This document shows positions 14,314 through 31,508 of a DNA stretch of 64,000 bases, one piece after another. Below the pieces are notes generated by a model. That model was not told where the DNA came from and ran no database searches. It saw nothing but the letters and a program-made list of their open reading frames with translations. The translations under genes and the position numbers were made by a program. The DNA is taken from assembly GCF_055900595.2 (NCBI RefSeq), contig NZ_CM148325.1. One strand, given 5' to 3'. How positions within the stretch are numbered: the first letter of the stretch is position 1; each line of letters starts with the position of its first letter.

Positions 14314-14326
14314 GGGGATCTCTCAG

Positions 14327-14335
14327 TACATCGCG
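14327..14335. repeat. IS10 target-site duplication, right copy (TACATCGCG)
   Basis: Identical to the 9-mer at 12989-12997. Confidence 0.9.
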
Positions 14336-14360
14336 GAGAAAAATAAGATGGAAGCTTTAC

Positions 14361-16106
<1,746 letters not shown>

Positions 16107-16119
16107 TCATCAGGAGCAG

Positions 16120-16405
<286 letters not shown>

Positions 16406-16410
16406 GTTGC

Positions 16411-17715
16411 TTAGAACTGCGATTCTTCGGTGGAGCCGGTCAGCGCGGTAACCGACGACGTGCCGCCCTGAATAATGGTCGTCACTTTATCGAAGTAACC
16501 CGTCCCCACTTCCTGCTGGTGAGATACGAAGGTATAGCCATCTTTCGCGGCGGCAAATTCCGGCTGCTGCACTTTCTCAACATAGTGCTTCATACCCTCG
16601 CCCTGGGCATAGGCGTTTGCCAGGTCAAACATGTTGAACCACATGCTGTGGATGCCTGCCAGGGTGATGAACTGGAACTTGTAGCCCATATCCGACAGCT
16701 GCTGCTGGAAGCTGGCAATAGTTTTGTCGTCGAGGTTTTTCTGCCAGTTGAACGACGGCGAGCAGTTATAAGCCAGCAGTTTGCCCGGATATTTCGCGTG
16801 GATGGCTTGTGCAAAGCGACGCGCCAGTTCCAGGTCTGGCGTGGAGGTTTCACACCATACCAGGTCAGCATATGGCGCATACGCCAGGCCACGGCTGATC
16901 GCTTGTTCAATACCTGCATGAGTACGGAAGAAGCCTTCGCTGGTACGCTCGCCGGTAATAAATTCGCTGTCATATGGGTCGCAATCGGAGGTAATCAGAT
17001 CCGCCGCATCGGCATCGGTACGAGCAACCAGCAGGGTTGGAACGCCCGTCACGTCAGCTGCCAGACGCGCCGCGACCAGTTTCTGAATAGCTTCCTGAGT
17101 TGGCACTAAAACTTTGCCGCCCATGTGACCGCATTTCTTCACTGATGCCAGCTGATCTTCGAAGTGAACTGCCGCTGCACCGGCTTCAATCATCGCTTTC
17201 ATCAGTTCAAAGGCATTCAGGACACCGCCAAAACCGGCTTCCGCATCGGCAACGATCGGCAGGAAGTAATCGACATAGCGCGGATCGCCCGGCTCAATGC
17301 CCGCGGACCATTGGATCTGATCCGCACGGCGGAAAGTATTGTTGATCCGCTCCACCACAGCTGGCACCGAGTTTGCCGGATAGAGCGACTGATCCGGATA
17401 CATGCTGGCCGCCAGGTTAGCGTCCGCCGCTACCTGCCATCCCGACAGATAGACTGCTTCAATACCCGCTTTCGCCTGTTGCAGCGCCTGACCGCCAGTC
17501 AGTGCACCGAGGCTGTTGATGTAGCCTTTTTTCGACTCGCCATGCAGCAGACGCCACATTTTCGCCGCACCCAGTTGTGCCAGCGTGCATTCAGGATTGA
17601 CTGAACCGCGTAATTTCACCACATCTTCCGCACTGTACGGGCGAGTAATGCCTTCCCAACGCGGTTGAGTCCACTCTTTCTGTAATTCTTCAATTTGTTG
17701 TGTACGGGTTTTCAT
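16411..17715 (-). CDS. aceA: isocitrate lyase
   Basis: 434-aa product [27 protein letters not shown]... with KKCGH active-site motif. Confidence 0.95.
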   Translation of the reverse strand: MKTRTQQIEELQKEWTQPRWEGITRPYSAEDVVKLRGSVNPECTLAQLGAAKMWRLLHGESKKGYINSLGALTGGQALQQAKAGIEAVYLSGWQVAADANLAASMYPDQSLYPANSVPAVVERINNTFRRADQIQWSAGIEPGDPRYVDYFLPIVADAEAGFGGVLNAFELMKAMIEAGAAAVHFEDQLASVKKCGHMGGKVLVPTQEAIQKLVAARLAADVTGVPTLLVARTDADAADLITSDCDPYDSEFITGERTSEGFFRTHAGIEQAISRGLAYAPYADLVWCETSTPDLELARRFAQAIHAKYPGKLLAYNCSPSFNWQKNLDDKTIASFQQQLSDMGYKFQFITLAGIHSMWFNMFDLANAYAQGEGMKHYVEKVQQPEFAAAKDGYTFVSHQQEVGTGYFDKVTTIIQGGTSSVTALTGSTEESQF

Positions 17716-17744
17716 GTGCAGATGCTCCATAGTTATGTGGTGGT

Positions 17745-19346
17745 TTACGCTAACAGGCGGTAGCCTGGCAGGGTCAGGAAATCAATTAACTCATCGGAAG
17801 TGGTGATCTGTTCCATCAAGCGTGCGGCATCGTCAAAACGCCCCTGGGAGAAACGTTCTTCGCCCAGTTCGCTGGCAATGACTTTCATCTCTTCGCCCAG
17901 CATCTGGCGGAACAAGGCTTTGGTCACCGGTTTGCCATTACTCAACGTTTTTTGGTGATGGATCCACTGCCAGATGGAGGTACGGGAAATTTCAGCCGTC
18001 GCCGCATCTTCCATCAGGCCATAAATCGGCACACAGCCGTTGCCAGAGATCCACGCTTCGATGTACTGCACAGCCACGCGAATGTTGGCGCGCATACCTT
18101 CTTCGGTGCGTTCACCATCACAAGGTGCCAGCAGCTGATCGGCAGTAATCGGCGCGTCTTGTTCGCGCATCACTTCAAGCTGATTTTTACGGGAGCCGAG
18201 AATGTCGTTGAATACCGCCATTGCCGTATCCGCAAGGCCTGGGTGGGCAATCCATGTGCCATCGTGACCGTTATTGGCTTCCAGCGCTTTATCCGCTTTT
18301 ACTTTGTTCAGCACCTGGTTATTGCGCTCTTCATCTTTGCTCGGAATAAACGCCGCCATGCCGCCCATCGCAAAAGCTCCGCGTTTATGGCAGGTTTTTA
18401 TCAACAGGCGTGAGTAAGCATTCAGGAATGGTTTATCCATCGTCACTGCCTGTCTGTCTGGCAGGACGCGATCGGGATAGTTTTTCAACGTTTTGATATA
18501 GCTGAAGATGTAATCCCAGCGACCGCAGTTCAGACCAACAATATGGTCACGCAACGCGTGAAGGATTTCGTCCATCTGGAACACAGCAGGCAGCGTTTCA
18601 ATCAGCAACGTCGCCTTGATGGTGCCGCGCGGCAGATTAAAGCGATCTTCTGCATAGCTGAAGACTTCGCTCCACCAGGCCGCTTCCTGCCAGGACTGGG
18701 TTTTCGGCAGATAGAAATAGGGACCGCTGCCCTTTGCCAACAGTGCCTGATAGTTGTGAAAGAAGTAGAGCGCAAAATCAAACAGGCTGCCAGGGATTGC
18801 CTCACCACGCCAGGTGACATGTTTTTCCGGCAAGTGCAGACCGCGTACCCGACAAATCAAAACCGCTGGATTGGGCTTGAGCTGATAAATTTTGCCTGCT
18901 TCATTGGTGTAACTGATGGTGCCATTAACTGCATCGCGCAGGTTAATTTGTCCATCGATCACTTTGTTCCAGTCCGGGGCCAGTGAATCCTCAAAATCGG
19001 CCATAAAGACTTTCACATTGGCGTTGAGCGCGTTGATCACCATCTTGCGCTCTACGGGTCCGGTAATCTCTACCCGACGATCTTCTAAGTCCGCAGGAAT
19101 ACCACGAATTTTCCAGTCAGCATCACGAATGGAAGCTGTTTCCGAAATAAAATCAGGCAACGTTCCGTTATCGATATCCTGCTGCTGCTGAATGCGCGCT
19201 GCCAGAAGTTTATTGCGTTGTGGCGTAAAATGCGTCACCAGCTCAGTCAGAAACTCTACCGCTTCGGCAGTAAGAATTTGCTTCTCCTGCTCGCCATACG
19301 GCCTTGTGAAAACCAGTTCATCGGTTGTTGTTGCCTGTTCAGTCAT
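17745..19346 (-). CDS. aceB: malate synthase A
   Basis: 533-aa product [11 protein letters not shown]...; first gene of aceBAK. Confidence 0.95.
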   Translation of the reverse strand: MTEQATTTDELVFTRPYGEQEKQILTAEAVEFLTELVTHFTPQRNKLLAARIQQQQDIDNGTLPDFISETASIRDADWKIRGIPADLEDRRVEITGPVERKMVINALNANVKVFMADFEDSLAPDWNKVIDGQINLRDAVNGTISYTNEAGKIYQLKPNPAVLICRVRGLHLPEKHVTWRGEAIPGSLFDFALYFFHNYQALLAKGSGPYFYLPKTQSWQEAAWWSEVFSYAEDRFNLPRGTIKATLLIETLPAVFQMDEILHALRDHIVGLNCGRWDYIFSYIKTLKNYPDRVLPDRQAVTMDKPFLNAYSRLLIKTCHKRGAFAMGGMAAFIPSKDEERNNQVLNKVKADKALEANNGHDGTWIAHPGLADTAMAVFNDILGSRKNQLEVMREQDAPITADQLLAPCDGERTEEGMRANIRVAVQYIEAWISGNGCVPIYGLMEDAATAEISRTSIWQWIHHQKTLSNGKPVTKALFRQMLGEEMKVIASELGEERFSQGRFDDAARLMEQITTSDELIDFLTLPGYRLLA

Positions 19347-19429
19347 CGTGCTGCTCCTCGTCATGGATCCGAAAACTTCCCCACTGTGAACGAAGGATCG
19401 TTGTGCGCTTTTCGTTCAGCACAACTAAG

Positions 19430-19480
19430 ACTACTCATTTAAAATGCAAAATCAAAAACAATTTCCATTTTAATTAAAAA
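19430..19480 (-). promoter_or_regulatory. aceB promoter region with IclR-box-like AT-rich palindrome
   Basis: AAATGGAAATTGTTTTTGATTTTGCAT on the aceB strand upstream of aceB; resembles the IclR operator consensus as I recall it. Confidence 0.45.
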
Positions 19481-19540
19481 TACTTAATAACTTATTGATA
19501 ACAATATAAATAAAATTTGTTCACCTACTAAGGTGCGTTT

Positions 19541-19569
19541 CGGAAATAAAAAAGGCACCCGAAGGTGCC
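19541..19569 (-). terminator. Rho-independent terminator after metA
   Basis: GGCACCTTCGGGTGCC hairpin followed by a T-run on the minus strand. Confidence 0.6.
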
Positions 19570-19614
19570 TGAGGTAAGGTGCTGAATCGCTTAACGATCG
19601 ACTATCACAGATGA

Positions 19615-20544
19615 TTAATCCAGCGTTGGATTCATGTGCCGTAGATCGTATGGCGTGATCTGGTAGACGTAATAGTTGAGCCAGTTGGTAAACAGCAAAT
19701 TACCGTGACTACGCCAGCTCGCTCGCGGTGTATTTTGCGGATCATTATGCGGGAAATAGTTATACGGTACATCCGGGTCTAGTCCGGCTTCCACATCGCG
19801 GAAAAATTCCTGCGCCAGTGTATGTGCGTCGTATTCCGGATGCCCCGTCACAAAGGCAATGCGCTTATCTTTGCTGGCAAACAGATAGGCATCCCCTTCT
19901 TCTGTCTCCGCCAGAATTTCCAGATCGGTGTAATCACGAATCAACGCTGCCGGAAAGTCAGCATAGCGCGAATGTGGTGCCAGGAATGAATCATCAAAGC
20001 CACGCGTCAGAAGTGCATGAGGATGGAGAATGTGATGTTCGTAAACGCCAGAGAGTTTGTCAGTGCGGGTTTGCTTAGGAATGCCATAGAGGATATTGAG
20101 CGCGGCCTGGACCGCCCAACAGACAAACAGCGTCGAGGTGACGTGATCTTTCGACCACTCCAGCACCTGTTTGATTTGCGGCCAGTAAGCGACATCATTA
20201 AACTCCACCAGGCCCAGCGGCGCGCCGGTAACTATCAGACCGTCAAAGTTTTGTTCCTGAATATCTTCAAAGTTACAGTAGAAGTTATTCAGATGCTCTG
20301 CGGGCGTGTTGCGCGATTCACGGGAATCGATGCGCAACAGCTGAATATCGACCTGCAAAGGTGAGTTTGAAAGCAGGCGCAGAAACTGATTTTCAGTTTC
20401 GATCTTCTTCGGCATCAGGTTAAGGATAAGCACCTTTAGCGGACGAATTTCCTGACCAGACGCGCGAGAAGTTGTCATCACAAAGACGTTTTCTTCACGC
20501 AAGAAATTGACGGCGGGTAGCTCGTCCGGCACACGAATCGGCAT
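19615..20544 (-). CDS. metA: homoserine O-succinyltransferase
   Basis: 309-aa [31 protein letters not shown]... Confidence 0.95.
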   Translation of the reverse strand: MPIRVPDELPAVNFLREENVFVMTTSRASGQEIRPLKVLILNLMPKKIETENQFLRLLSNSPLQVDIQLLRIDSRESRNTPAEHLNNFYCNFEDIQEQNFDGLIVTGAPLGLVEFNDVAYWPQIKQVLEWSKDHVTSTLFVCWAVQAALNILYGIPKQTRTDKLSGVYEHHILHPHALLTRGFDDSFLAPHSRYADFPAALIRDYTDLEILAETEEGDAYLFASKDKRIAFVTGHPEYDAHTLAQEFFRDVEAGLDPDVPYNYFPHNDPQNTPRASWRSHGNLLFTNWLNYYVYQITPYDLRHMNPTLD

Positions 20545-20563
20545 AACCTGATTACCTCACTAC

Positions 20564-20587
20564 ATACGCTTATACGTTTAGACATCC
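20564..20587 (-). promoter_or_regulatory. tandem MetJ boxes (met operator) in the metA promoter
   Basis: GGATGTCT-AAACGTAT-AAGCGTAT 8-mer repeats on the metA strand just upstream of metA. Confidence 0.5.
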
Positions 20588-20700
20588 AGATAGCTGAAGA
20601 TAACCAGAAAATTTGCCAATGTCGAGCCTGCATGTTGAAGGTGAGAAAGTTTCAAGGAAAAGGCTACGTTAGAATATAAGAATGACGAAAAGGAGAGAAA

Positions 20701-21144
20701 ATGGTTATTAGTATTCGCCGCTCACGGCATGAGGAAGGGGAAGAACTGGTTGCGATTTGGTGCCGTTCTGTCGATGCCACTCACGATTTTTTATCAGCAG
20801 AGTATCGGGCCGAGCTGGAAGAGCTGGTGCGTTCCTTCCTGCCGGAAGCGCCGTTGTGGGTCGCGGTTAATGAGCGGGATCAGCCGATTGGGTTTATGTT
20901 ATTGAGTGGTCAGCATATGGATGCGCTCTTTGTCGATCCTGATGCGCGCGGCTGCGGCGTGGGTCGGTTGCTGGTCGAGCATGCGCTCTCAATGGCCCCG
21001 GAACTGACAACCAATGTTAATGAGCAAAATGAGCAGGCGGTGGGGTTCTATAAGAAGATGGGCTTTAAGGTTTCAGGGCGTTCCGAGGTGGACGATTTGG
21101 GGAAACCGTATCCGCTGCTGAATCTGGCGTATGTGGAGGCGTAG
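20701..21144 (+). CDS. yjaB: GNAT-family N-acetyltransferase
   Basis: 147-aa ORF with acetyl-CoA-binding motif (RGCGVGRLL); synteny. Confidence 0.8.
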   Translation: MVISIRRSRHEEGEELVAIWCRSVDATHDFLSAEYRAELEELVRSFLPEAPLWVAVNERDQPIGFMLLSGQHMDALFVDPDARGCGVGRLLVEHALSMAPELTTNVNEQNEQAVGFYKKMGFKVSGRSEVDDLGKPYPLLNLAYVEA

Positions 21145-21207
21145 GCAATTTTTTTCTCATCCCGGTGGGCTGAACTTCAGGTTTCGTACCCACCAATGGT
21201 GACATGA

Positions 21208-21591
21208 TTATTTCTGCTTAAGCATTGCCATGACCGCACTATCACTGAGCACCACTGATTGCGCATGGATGTGGAAATGGCGATATTTCATTAACGTTGC
21301 ACCAGCGACCACTTCATGAAGAATGCGCTCCTCAACCTGTGACAAACCGCCCTCATTCATTTCCAGCGCGCTCACAACAATATCCATACGTTTTGCTGGC
21401 AAAAAAGAGTACCAGGGTGAACGTGGGTGGAGTTGCAAAACAAGATCTTGCAGAACTTTTTCTGCAACAAAGAAATTGGCGATTAACAGGCGCTGGTTAC
21501 TGAAGGCAGCCTCTCCTGACACTTCACGTTTGCTTTCAAGATCGCGAACAGTAATTTGATTACGACGAATTTGGATATACAGAACTGACAT
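21208..21591 (-). CDS. yjaA: small stress-associated protein YjaA
   Basis: 127-aa product MSVLYIQIRRNQITVRDLE... (ORF-track start trimmed by 12 codons); synteny. Confidence 0.7.
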   Translation of the reverse strand: MSVLYIQIRRNQITVRDLESKREVSGEAAFSNQRLLIANFFVAEKVLQDLVLQLHPRSPWYSFLPAKRMDIVVSALEMNEGGLSQVEERILHEVVAGATLMKYRHFHIHAQSVVLSDSAVMAMLKQK

Positions 21592-21624
21592 GAGATTCCC
21601 TTCATCATGCAAATAATTGATATG

Positions 21625-21657
21625 CAAAAAACCCCGGCCTTATGGACCGGGGTTTTT
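21625..21657 (-). terminator. rRNA operon terminator downstream of 5S rRNA
   Basis: AAAAACCCCGGTCCATAAGGCCGGGGTTTTTT hairpin plus U-run on the minus strand. Confidence 0.6.
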
Positions 21658-21665
21658 CTAATTTG

Positions 21666-21785
21666 ATGCCTGGCAGTTCCCTACTCTCGCATGGGGAGAC
21701 CCCACACTACCATCGGCGCTACGGCGTTTCACTTCTGAGTTCGGCATGGGGTCAGGTGGGACCACCGCGCTAAGGCCGCCAGGCA
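21666..21785 (-). rRNA. rrfE: 5S ribosomal RNA
   Basis: 120-nt match to E. coli 5S rRNA; operon assigned as rrnE from synteny (purH upstream, yjaA downstream). Confidence 0.93.
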
Positions 21786-21878
21786 AATTCTGTTTCATCA
21801 GACCGCTTCTGCGTTCTGATTTAATCTGTATCAGGCTGAAAATCTTCTCTCAATCCGCCAAAACATCTTCGGCGTTGT

Positions 21879-24783
<2,905 letters not shown>

Positions 24784-24976
24784 TCACAACCCGAAGATGT
24801 TTCTTTCGATTCATCATCGTGTTGCGAAAATTTGAGAGACTCACGAACAACTCTCGTTGTTCAGTGTTTCAATTTTCAGCTTGATCCAGATTTTTAAAGA
24901 GCAAATATCTCAAACGTCACCCGAAGATGAGTTTTGAGATATTAAGGCAGGTGACTTTCACTCACAAACCAGCAAG

Positions 24977-25052
24977 TGGCGTCCCCTAGGGGATTCGAAC
25001 CCCTGTTACCGCCGTGAAAGGGCGGTGTCCTGGGCCTCTAGACGAAGGGGAC
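24977..25052 (-). tRNA. gltV: tRNA-Glu (UUC) in the 16S-23S spacer
   Basis: 76-nt match to GUCCCCUUCGUCUAGAGGCCCAGGACACCGCCCUUUCACGGCGGUAACAGGGGUUCGAAUCCCCUAGGGGACGCCA. Confidence 0.93.
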
Positions 25053-25137
25053 GTATCAGTCTGCTTCGCAAGACGCCTTGCTTTTCACTTTCTATCAGAC
25101 AATCTGTGTGAGCACTGCAAAGAACAGTTCTTTAAGG

Positions 25138-26679
<1,542 letters not shown>

Positions 26680-26759
26680 AAAAGTTTGATGCTCAAAGAA
26701 TTAAACTTCGTAATGAATTACGTGTTCACTCTTGAGACTTGGTATTCATTTTTCGTCTT

Positions 26760-27000
26760 GCGACGTTAAGAATCCGTATCTTCGAGTGCCCACACAGATT
26801 GTCTGATAAATTGTTAAAGAGCAGTTGCGACGCGGCTTTCAGCTCACTGTCGCGAGGTGGCGTATATTACGCTTTCCTCTTTCAGAGTCAACCCTGAATT
26901 TCAGGATTTTTCTCTTCAACCGAACCGGCTGTTTGTGTGAAGTGATTCACATCCGCCGTGTCGATGGAGGCGCATTATAGGGAGTTCTCCGCAGGCCGCA
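26760..27000 (-). promoter_or_regulatory. rRNA operon tandem promoters P1/P2 region
   Basis: CTCCCTATAATGCGCC -10/discriminator (P1) and TTTAACAATTTATCAGACAATCTGTGTGGGCACTCGAAGATACGG (P2 region) on the minus strand upstream of 16S. Confidence 0.6.
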
Positions 27001-27172
27001 ATAGAAAAATTGCAGAAAAATGACTGACTGCTGCATTCCCCAGCAAAACCCCGCTTTATACCTTTTTACGCACAGAGTTATCCACAATCATCAATGTAAT
27101 TTCTGTATTTTTCCCACGGTAAACACTGTCAAAATTGTGATCACCATTGAAAGAGAAAAATTCGCGAGCGTT

Positions 27173-27188
27173 GCGCAAACGTTTTCGT
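27173..27188 (+). promoter_or_regulatory. PurR operator (pur box) in the purHD promoter
   Basis: GCGCAAACGTTTTCGT palindrome about 110 bp upstream of purH. Confidence 0.6.
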
Positions 27189-27295
27189 TACAATGCGGGC
27201 GAAAAATAAGGATGCCCCGTTAGGGGCGTTAGCTGAGTTTTTCGCGAAAAATTCAGCTAACGCTCTCTGTAATAGTCAAATCCAGGGGATTTACC

Positions 27296-28885
27296 ATGCA
27301 ACAACGTCGTCCAGTCCGCCGCGCTCTGCTCAGTGTTTCTGACAAAGCCGGTATCGTCGAATTCGCCCAAGCACTTTCCGCACGCGGTGTGGAGCTGCTG
27401 TCTACAGGGGGCACTGCCCGTCTGTTAGCAGAAAAAGGTCTGCCGGTAACCGAAGTTTCCGATTACACCGGTTTCCCGGAGATGATGGATGGACGCGTGA
27501 AGACCCTGCATCCGAAAGTACATGGTGGCATTCTAGGCCGTCGCGGCCAGGACGATGCCATTATGGAAGAACATCAGATCCAGCCTATCGATATGGTAGT
27601 TGTTAACCTCTATCCGTTCGCCCAGACCGTTGCCCGTGAAGGCTGCTCGCTGGAAGATGCGGTTGAGAACATCGATATCGGCGGCCCAACGATGGTGCGC
27701 TCCGCTGCCAAGAACCATAAAGATGTCGCTATCGTGGTGAAGAGCAGCGACTACGACGCCATCATTAAAGAGATGGATGCCAACGAAGGATCGCTTCTGC
27801 TTGCAACCCGTTTCGATCTCGCTATCAAAGCCTTTGAACATACCGCCGCCTACGACAGCATGATTGCCAACTACTTCGGCAGCATGGTCCCAGCCTATCA
27901 CGGTGAAAGCAAAGAAGCCGCCGGTCGCTTCCCGCGTACGCTGAACCTGAACTTCATTAAGAAGCAGGATATGCGCTACGGCGAGAACAGCCACCAGCAG
28001 GCTGCCTTCTATATAGAAGAGAATGTGAAAGAAGCCTCCGTTGCCACCGCAACCCAGGTTCAGGGTAAAGCCCTCTCTTATAACAACATCGCCGATACCG
28101 ATGCGGCGCTGGAGTGCGTGAAAGAGTTCGCCGAGCCGGCATGTGTGATTGTGAAGCACGCCAACCCATGCGGCGTGGCTATCAGCGATTCCATTCTTGA
28201 TGCTTACGATCGCGCGTATAAAACCGACCCAACCTCGGCGTTCGGCGGCATTATCGCCTTTAACCGCGAGCTGGATGCTGAAACCGCACAGGCCATCATT
28301 TCTCGTCAGTTTGTCGAAGTGATTATTGCGCCGTCCGCCAGCGAAGAAGCGTTGAAAATCACCGCCGCTAAACAGAACGTACGTGTCCTGACATGTGGTC
28401 AGTGGGCCGAGCGTGTTCCAGGCCTTGATTTCAAACGCGTGAACGGCGGTCTGCTGGTTCAGGATCGTGACCTGGGTATGGTTGGTGCAGAAGAACTGCG
28501 CGTCGTCACCAAACGTCAGCCGACCGAACAGGAGCTGCGTGATGCGCTGTTCTGCTGGAAAGTAGCGAAGTTCGTGAAATCCAACGCTATCGTCTATGCC
28601 AAAAACAATATGACCATCGGTATTGGCGCGGGCCAGATGAGCCGCGTGTACTCCGCGAAAATCGCCGGTATTAAAGCCGCCGATGAAGGTCTGGAAGTGA
28701 AAGGTTCCTCGATGGCTTCTGACGCGTTCTTCCCGTTCCGCGACGGTATTGATGCCGCAGCCGCTGCAGGCGTGACCTGCGTAATCCAGCCTGGCGGTTC
28801 TATCCGTGATGACGAAGTGATTGCCGCCGCCGACGAGCACGGTATTGCGATGCTCTTCACCGATATGCGCCACTTCCGCCATTAA
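27296..28885 (+). CDS. purH: bifunctional AICAR transformylase / IMP cyclohydrolase
   Basis: 529-aa [30 protein letters not shown]... Confidence 0.95.
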   Translation: MQQRRPVRRALLSVSDKAGIVEFAQALSARGVELLSTGGTARLLAEKGLPVTEVSDYTGFPEMMDGRVKTLHPKVHGGILGRRGQDDAIMEEHQIQPIDMVVVNLYPFAQTVAREGCSLEDAVENIDIGGPTMVRSAAKNHKDVAIVVKSSDYDAIIKEMDANEGSLLLATRFDLAIKAFEHTAAYDSMIANYFGSMVPAYHGESKEAAGRFPRTLNLNFIKKQDMRYGENSHQQAAFYIEENVKEASVATATQVQGKALSYNNIADTDAALECVKEFAEPACVIVKHANPCGVAISDSILDAYDRAYKTDPTSAFGGIIAFNRELDAETAQAIISRQFVEVIIAPSASEEALKITAAKQNVRVLTCGQWAERVPGLDFKRVNGGLLVQDRDLGMVGAEELRVVTKRQPTEQELRDALFCWKVAKFVKSNAIVYAKNNMTIGIGAGQMSRVYSAKIAGIKAADEGLEVKGSSMASDAFFPFRDGIDAAAAAGVTCVIQPGGSIRDDEVIAAADEHGIAMLFTDMRHFRH

Positions 28886-28896
28886 TGGAGCGACAG

Positions 28897-30186
28897 ATGA
28901 AAGTATTAGTGATTGGTAATGGCGGGCGCGAGCACGCGCTGGCCTGGAAAGCGGCCCAGTCGCCGCTGGTTGAGACTGTTTTTGTTGCTCCGGGTAACGC
29001 AGGCACTGCACTGGAACCCGCGCTGCAAAACGTCGCTATCGGCGTGACCGATATCCCGGCACTGCTAGATTTCGCGCAAAATGAAAAGGTAGATTTAACC
29101 ATCGTCGGCCCGGAAGCGCCGCTGGTGAAAGGCGTGGTCGATACTTTCCGCGCCGCCGGGCTGAAAATCTTCGGACCAACCGCAGGCGCCGCACAACTGG
29201 AAGGCTCGAAAGCGTTTACCAAGGATTTCCTGGCCCGCCATAAGATCCCTACGGCGGAATACCAGAACTTCACCGAGGTAGAACCTGCACTGGCGTATCT
29301 GCGTGAGAAAGGCGCGCCAATCGTCATTAAAGCGGACGGTCTGGCTGCCGGGAAAGGCGTGATCGTGGCGATGACGCTGGAAGAAGCTGAAGCCGCCGTG
29401 CACGACATGCTGGCAGGCAACGCTTTTGGCGACGCGGGTCATCGTATTGTTATCGAAGAGTTCCTCGACGGTGAAGAAGCGAGCTTTATCGTGATGGTGG
29501 ACGGTGAGCATGTGCTGCCAATGGCCACCAGCCAGGATCACAAACGCGTAGGCGATAAAGATACCGGGCCGAACACGGGCGGTATGGGCGCTTACTCCCC
29601 TGCGCCAGTGGTGACAGATGAAGTTCATCTGCGCACCATGGAACGTATCATTTGGCCAACCGTGAAAGGCATGGCGGCGGAAGGCAACACCTACACCGGT
29701 TTTCTCTATGCGGGCCTGATGATCGACAAACAGGGTAATCCGAAGGTTATCGAATTTAACTGCCGCTTTGGCGATCCTGAAACCCAGCCGATTATGCTAC
29801 GCATGAAGTCCGATCTGGTTGAGCTTTGCCTGGCGGCCTGTGAAGGTACGCTTGACGAGAAAACGTCCGAGTGGGATGAACGCGCTTCTCTCGGCGTGGT
29901 GATGGCTGCGGGTGGATATCCGGGCGATTACCGCACCGGCGATGTGATCCACGGCCTGCCGCTGGAAGAAGTGTCTGACGGCAAAGTGTTCCACGCGGGC
30001 ACAAAACTGGCGGATGACGAGCAGGTGGTAACCAGCGGCGGGCGCGTACTGTGCATCACCGCGCTGGGTCATACCGTGGCAGAAGCGCAGAAACGCGCTT
30101 ATGCCTTAATGACCGATATCCATTGGGACGATTGCTTCTGCCGGAAGGATATCGGCTGGCGCGCCATCGAACGCGAGCAGAACTAA
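28897..30186 (+). CDS. purD: phosphoribosylamine-glycine ligase
   Basis: 429-aa product MKVLVIGNGGREHALAWK... (ORF-track start trimmed by 4 codons). Confidence 0.93.
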   Translation: MKVLVIGNGGREHALAWKAAQSPLVETVFVAPGNAGTALEPALQNVAIGVTDIPALLDFAQNEKVDLTIVGPEAPLVKGVVDTFRAAGLKIFGPTAGAAQLEGSKAFTKDFLARHKIPTAEYQNFTEVEPALAYLREKGAPIVIKADGLAAGKGVIVAMTLEEAEAAVHDMLAGNAFGDAGHRIVIEEFLDGEEASFIVMVDGEHVLPMATSQDHKRVGDKDTGPNTGGMGAYSPAPVVTDEVHLRTMERIIWPTVKGMAAEGNTYTGFLYAGLMIDKQGNPKVIEFNCRFGDPETQPIMLRMKSDLVELCLAACEGTLDEKTSEWDERASLGVVMAAGGYPGDYRTGDVIHGLPLEEVSDGKVFHAGTKLADDEQVVTSGGRVLCITALGHTVAEAQKRAYALMTDIHWDDCFCRKDIGWRAIEREQN

Positions 30187-31508
30187 CGCGACAGTTTTGC
30201 CAATAGCGTTTTGCGCGTAATCCCTAACTGACGGGCGGCTTCGGTTTTGTTGCCGCCCGTTTTCTCCAGCGCCGCCAGAATCACTTCTTTTTCGACTTCC
30301 ACCAGCGGCTGAATATCCTGACTTTGCACCAGCGGGATCGGCGTACTGGCAATCGCCAGCGGCAGCTCGCGTTCGGAAATATATTCCCCGGTCAGCAGCA
30401 CCACCGCCCGTTCCACCGCGTTTTCCAGTTCACGAATATTTCCCGGCCAGTCGTAGTGAATCAGCAGATCCATCGCCTGGGGAGTAAACCCTTTTACCGC
30501 CTTGCGATTGCGTTCGGCAAACCGCTGCAGAAAATGGTTAGCCAGCAGAGGAATATCTTCCCGCCGTTGCCGTAGCGAAGGTACTTCAATCGCCACCACA
30601 TTCAGGCGATAGTAGAGATCCTGACGAAAACGCCCGGCCTTTACCTCAGCGGCAAGATCGCGATGAGTCGCCGCAATCAGCCGGACATCAACCGAGATAG
30701 TCTGATTGCTACCGACACGCTGTACTTCGCGCTCCTGAATCGCACGCAGTAGACGAACCTGCATCATCGGTGAGATATCGCCAATTTCATCGAGAAACAG
30801 CGTGCCGCCGTCTGCTTCCACAAAGCGCCCTTCCCGCCGTTTGTCGGCTCCAGTAAACGCCCCTTTTTCGTGACCGAACAATTCAGATTCCAGCAAGGAT
30901 TCGTTGAGTGCCGCACAGTTGAGCGTCACCAGCGGTTTTTCACTCCGTGCGCTACTGGCGTGAATCGCCCTGGCGACCAGCTCTTTACCGGTGCCGGAAT
31001 CGCCGTGGATCAGCACCGTGGCTTCCGATGGCGCGACAAGGGCGATTTCACTGAGCAGGTGTTGCATCGCCGGGCTTTTACCGACCATACCGAACTGGCT
31101 GGCAGACACCGCAGGCGTTTCAGCATCAACACTGTGCGTATGCGCAAGCGCCTTTTCCAGCGTCGCCTGCAGGTTATCGAAATCCAGCGGCTTGATGAGA
31201 TAATCCAGCGCCCCGGTTTTCAACGCCTCTACCGCCGTCTCGACGCTGGAGTACGCGGTCATAATCAGTACCGGAATTGCCGGATTTAACGCTTTGATCT
31301 CTTTCAGCGTGGCGATGCCATCCATCTCTGCCATTCGCACATCACAAAGCACAAGATCAAAAACCTGTTCCCGCACTTGCTCCAGCGCCTGTCGCCCGCT
31401 GTTCGCCAGCGCGACGTTATAGCCCCAGCCGCGCAGCAATGCCTGCAAGATAGTGCAGTGGCTAATGTCATCATCCACCACCAGAATATCGATATTATCG
31501 TGCGTCAT
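30183..31508 (-). CDS. zraR: sigma-54-dependent response regulator ZraR (HydG)
   Basis: Receiver domain, AAA+ sigma-54 activator domain (GESGTGKE, GAFTGA) and C-terminal HTH; 441 aa. Confidence 0.92.
   Translation of the reverse strand: MTHDNIDILVVDDDISHCTILQALLRGWGYNVALANSGRQALEQVREQVFDLVLCDVRMAEMDGIATLKEIKALNPAIPVLIMTAYSSVETAVEALKTGALDYLIKPLDFDNLQATLEKALAHTHSVDAETPAVSASQFGMVGKSPAMQHLLSEIALVAPSEATVLIHGDSGTGKELVARAIHASSARSEKPLVTLNCAALNESLLESELFGHEKGAFTGADKRREGRFVEADGGTLFLDEIGDISPMMQVRLLRAIQEREVQRVGSNQTISVDVRLIAATHRDLAAEVKAGRFRQDLYYRLNVVAIEVPSLRQRREDIPLLANHFLQRFAERNRKAVKGFTPQAMDLLIHYDWPGNIRELENAVERAVVLLTGEYISERELPLAIASTPIPLVQSQDIQPLVEVEKEVILAALEKTGGNKTEAARQLGITRKTLLAKLSR

Larger units (their letters stand above)
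12998..14326 (+). mobile_element. IS10 (IS4 family) insertion sequence, complete, 1329 bp
   Basis: Outside end CTGATGAATCCCCTAATGATTTT at 12998, inside end GGGGAAATTATGAGGGGATCTCTCAG ending at 14326, 402-aa transposase, 9-bp TSD. Confidence 0.95.

Noticed and set aside
21666-21785. Possible sequence variant near the 5' end of 5S rRNA (GGCGGCCUUAGCGCGG) relative to the form I remember
   Set aside because: Both copies in the window agree and inter-operon 5S heterogeneity is known; my reference is from memory, so I do not report it as a finding.
27533-29011. 492-aa minus-strand ORF spanning purH and purD
   Set aside because: Antisense to two well-recognised genes and crosses their boundary; no recognisable domain.
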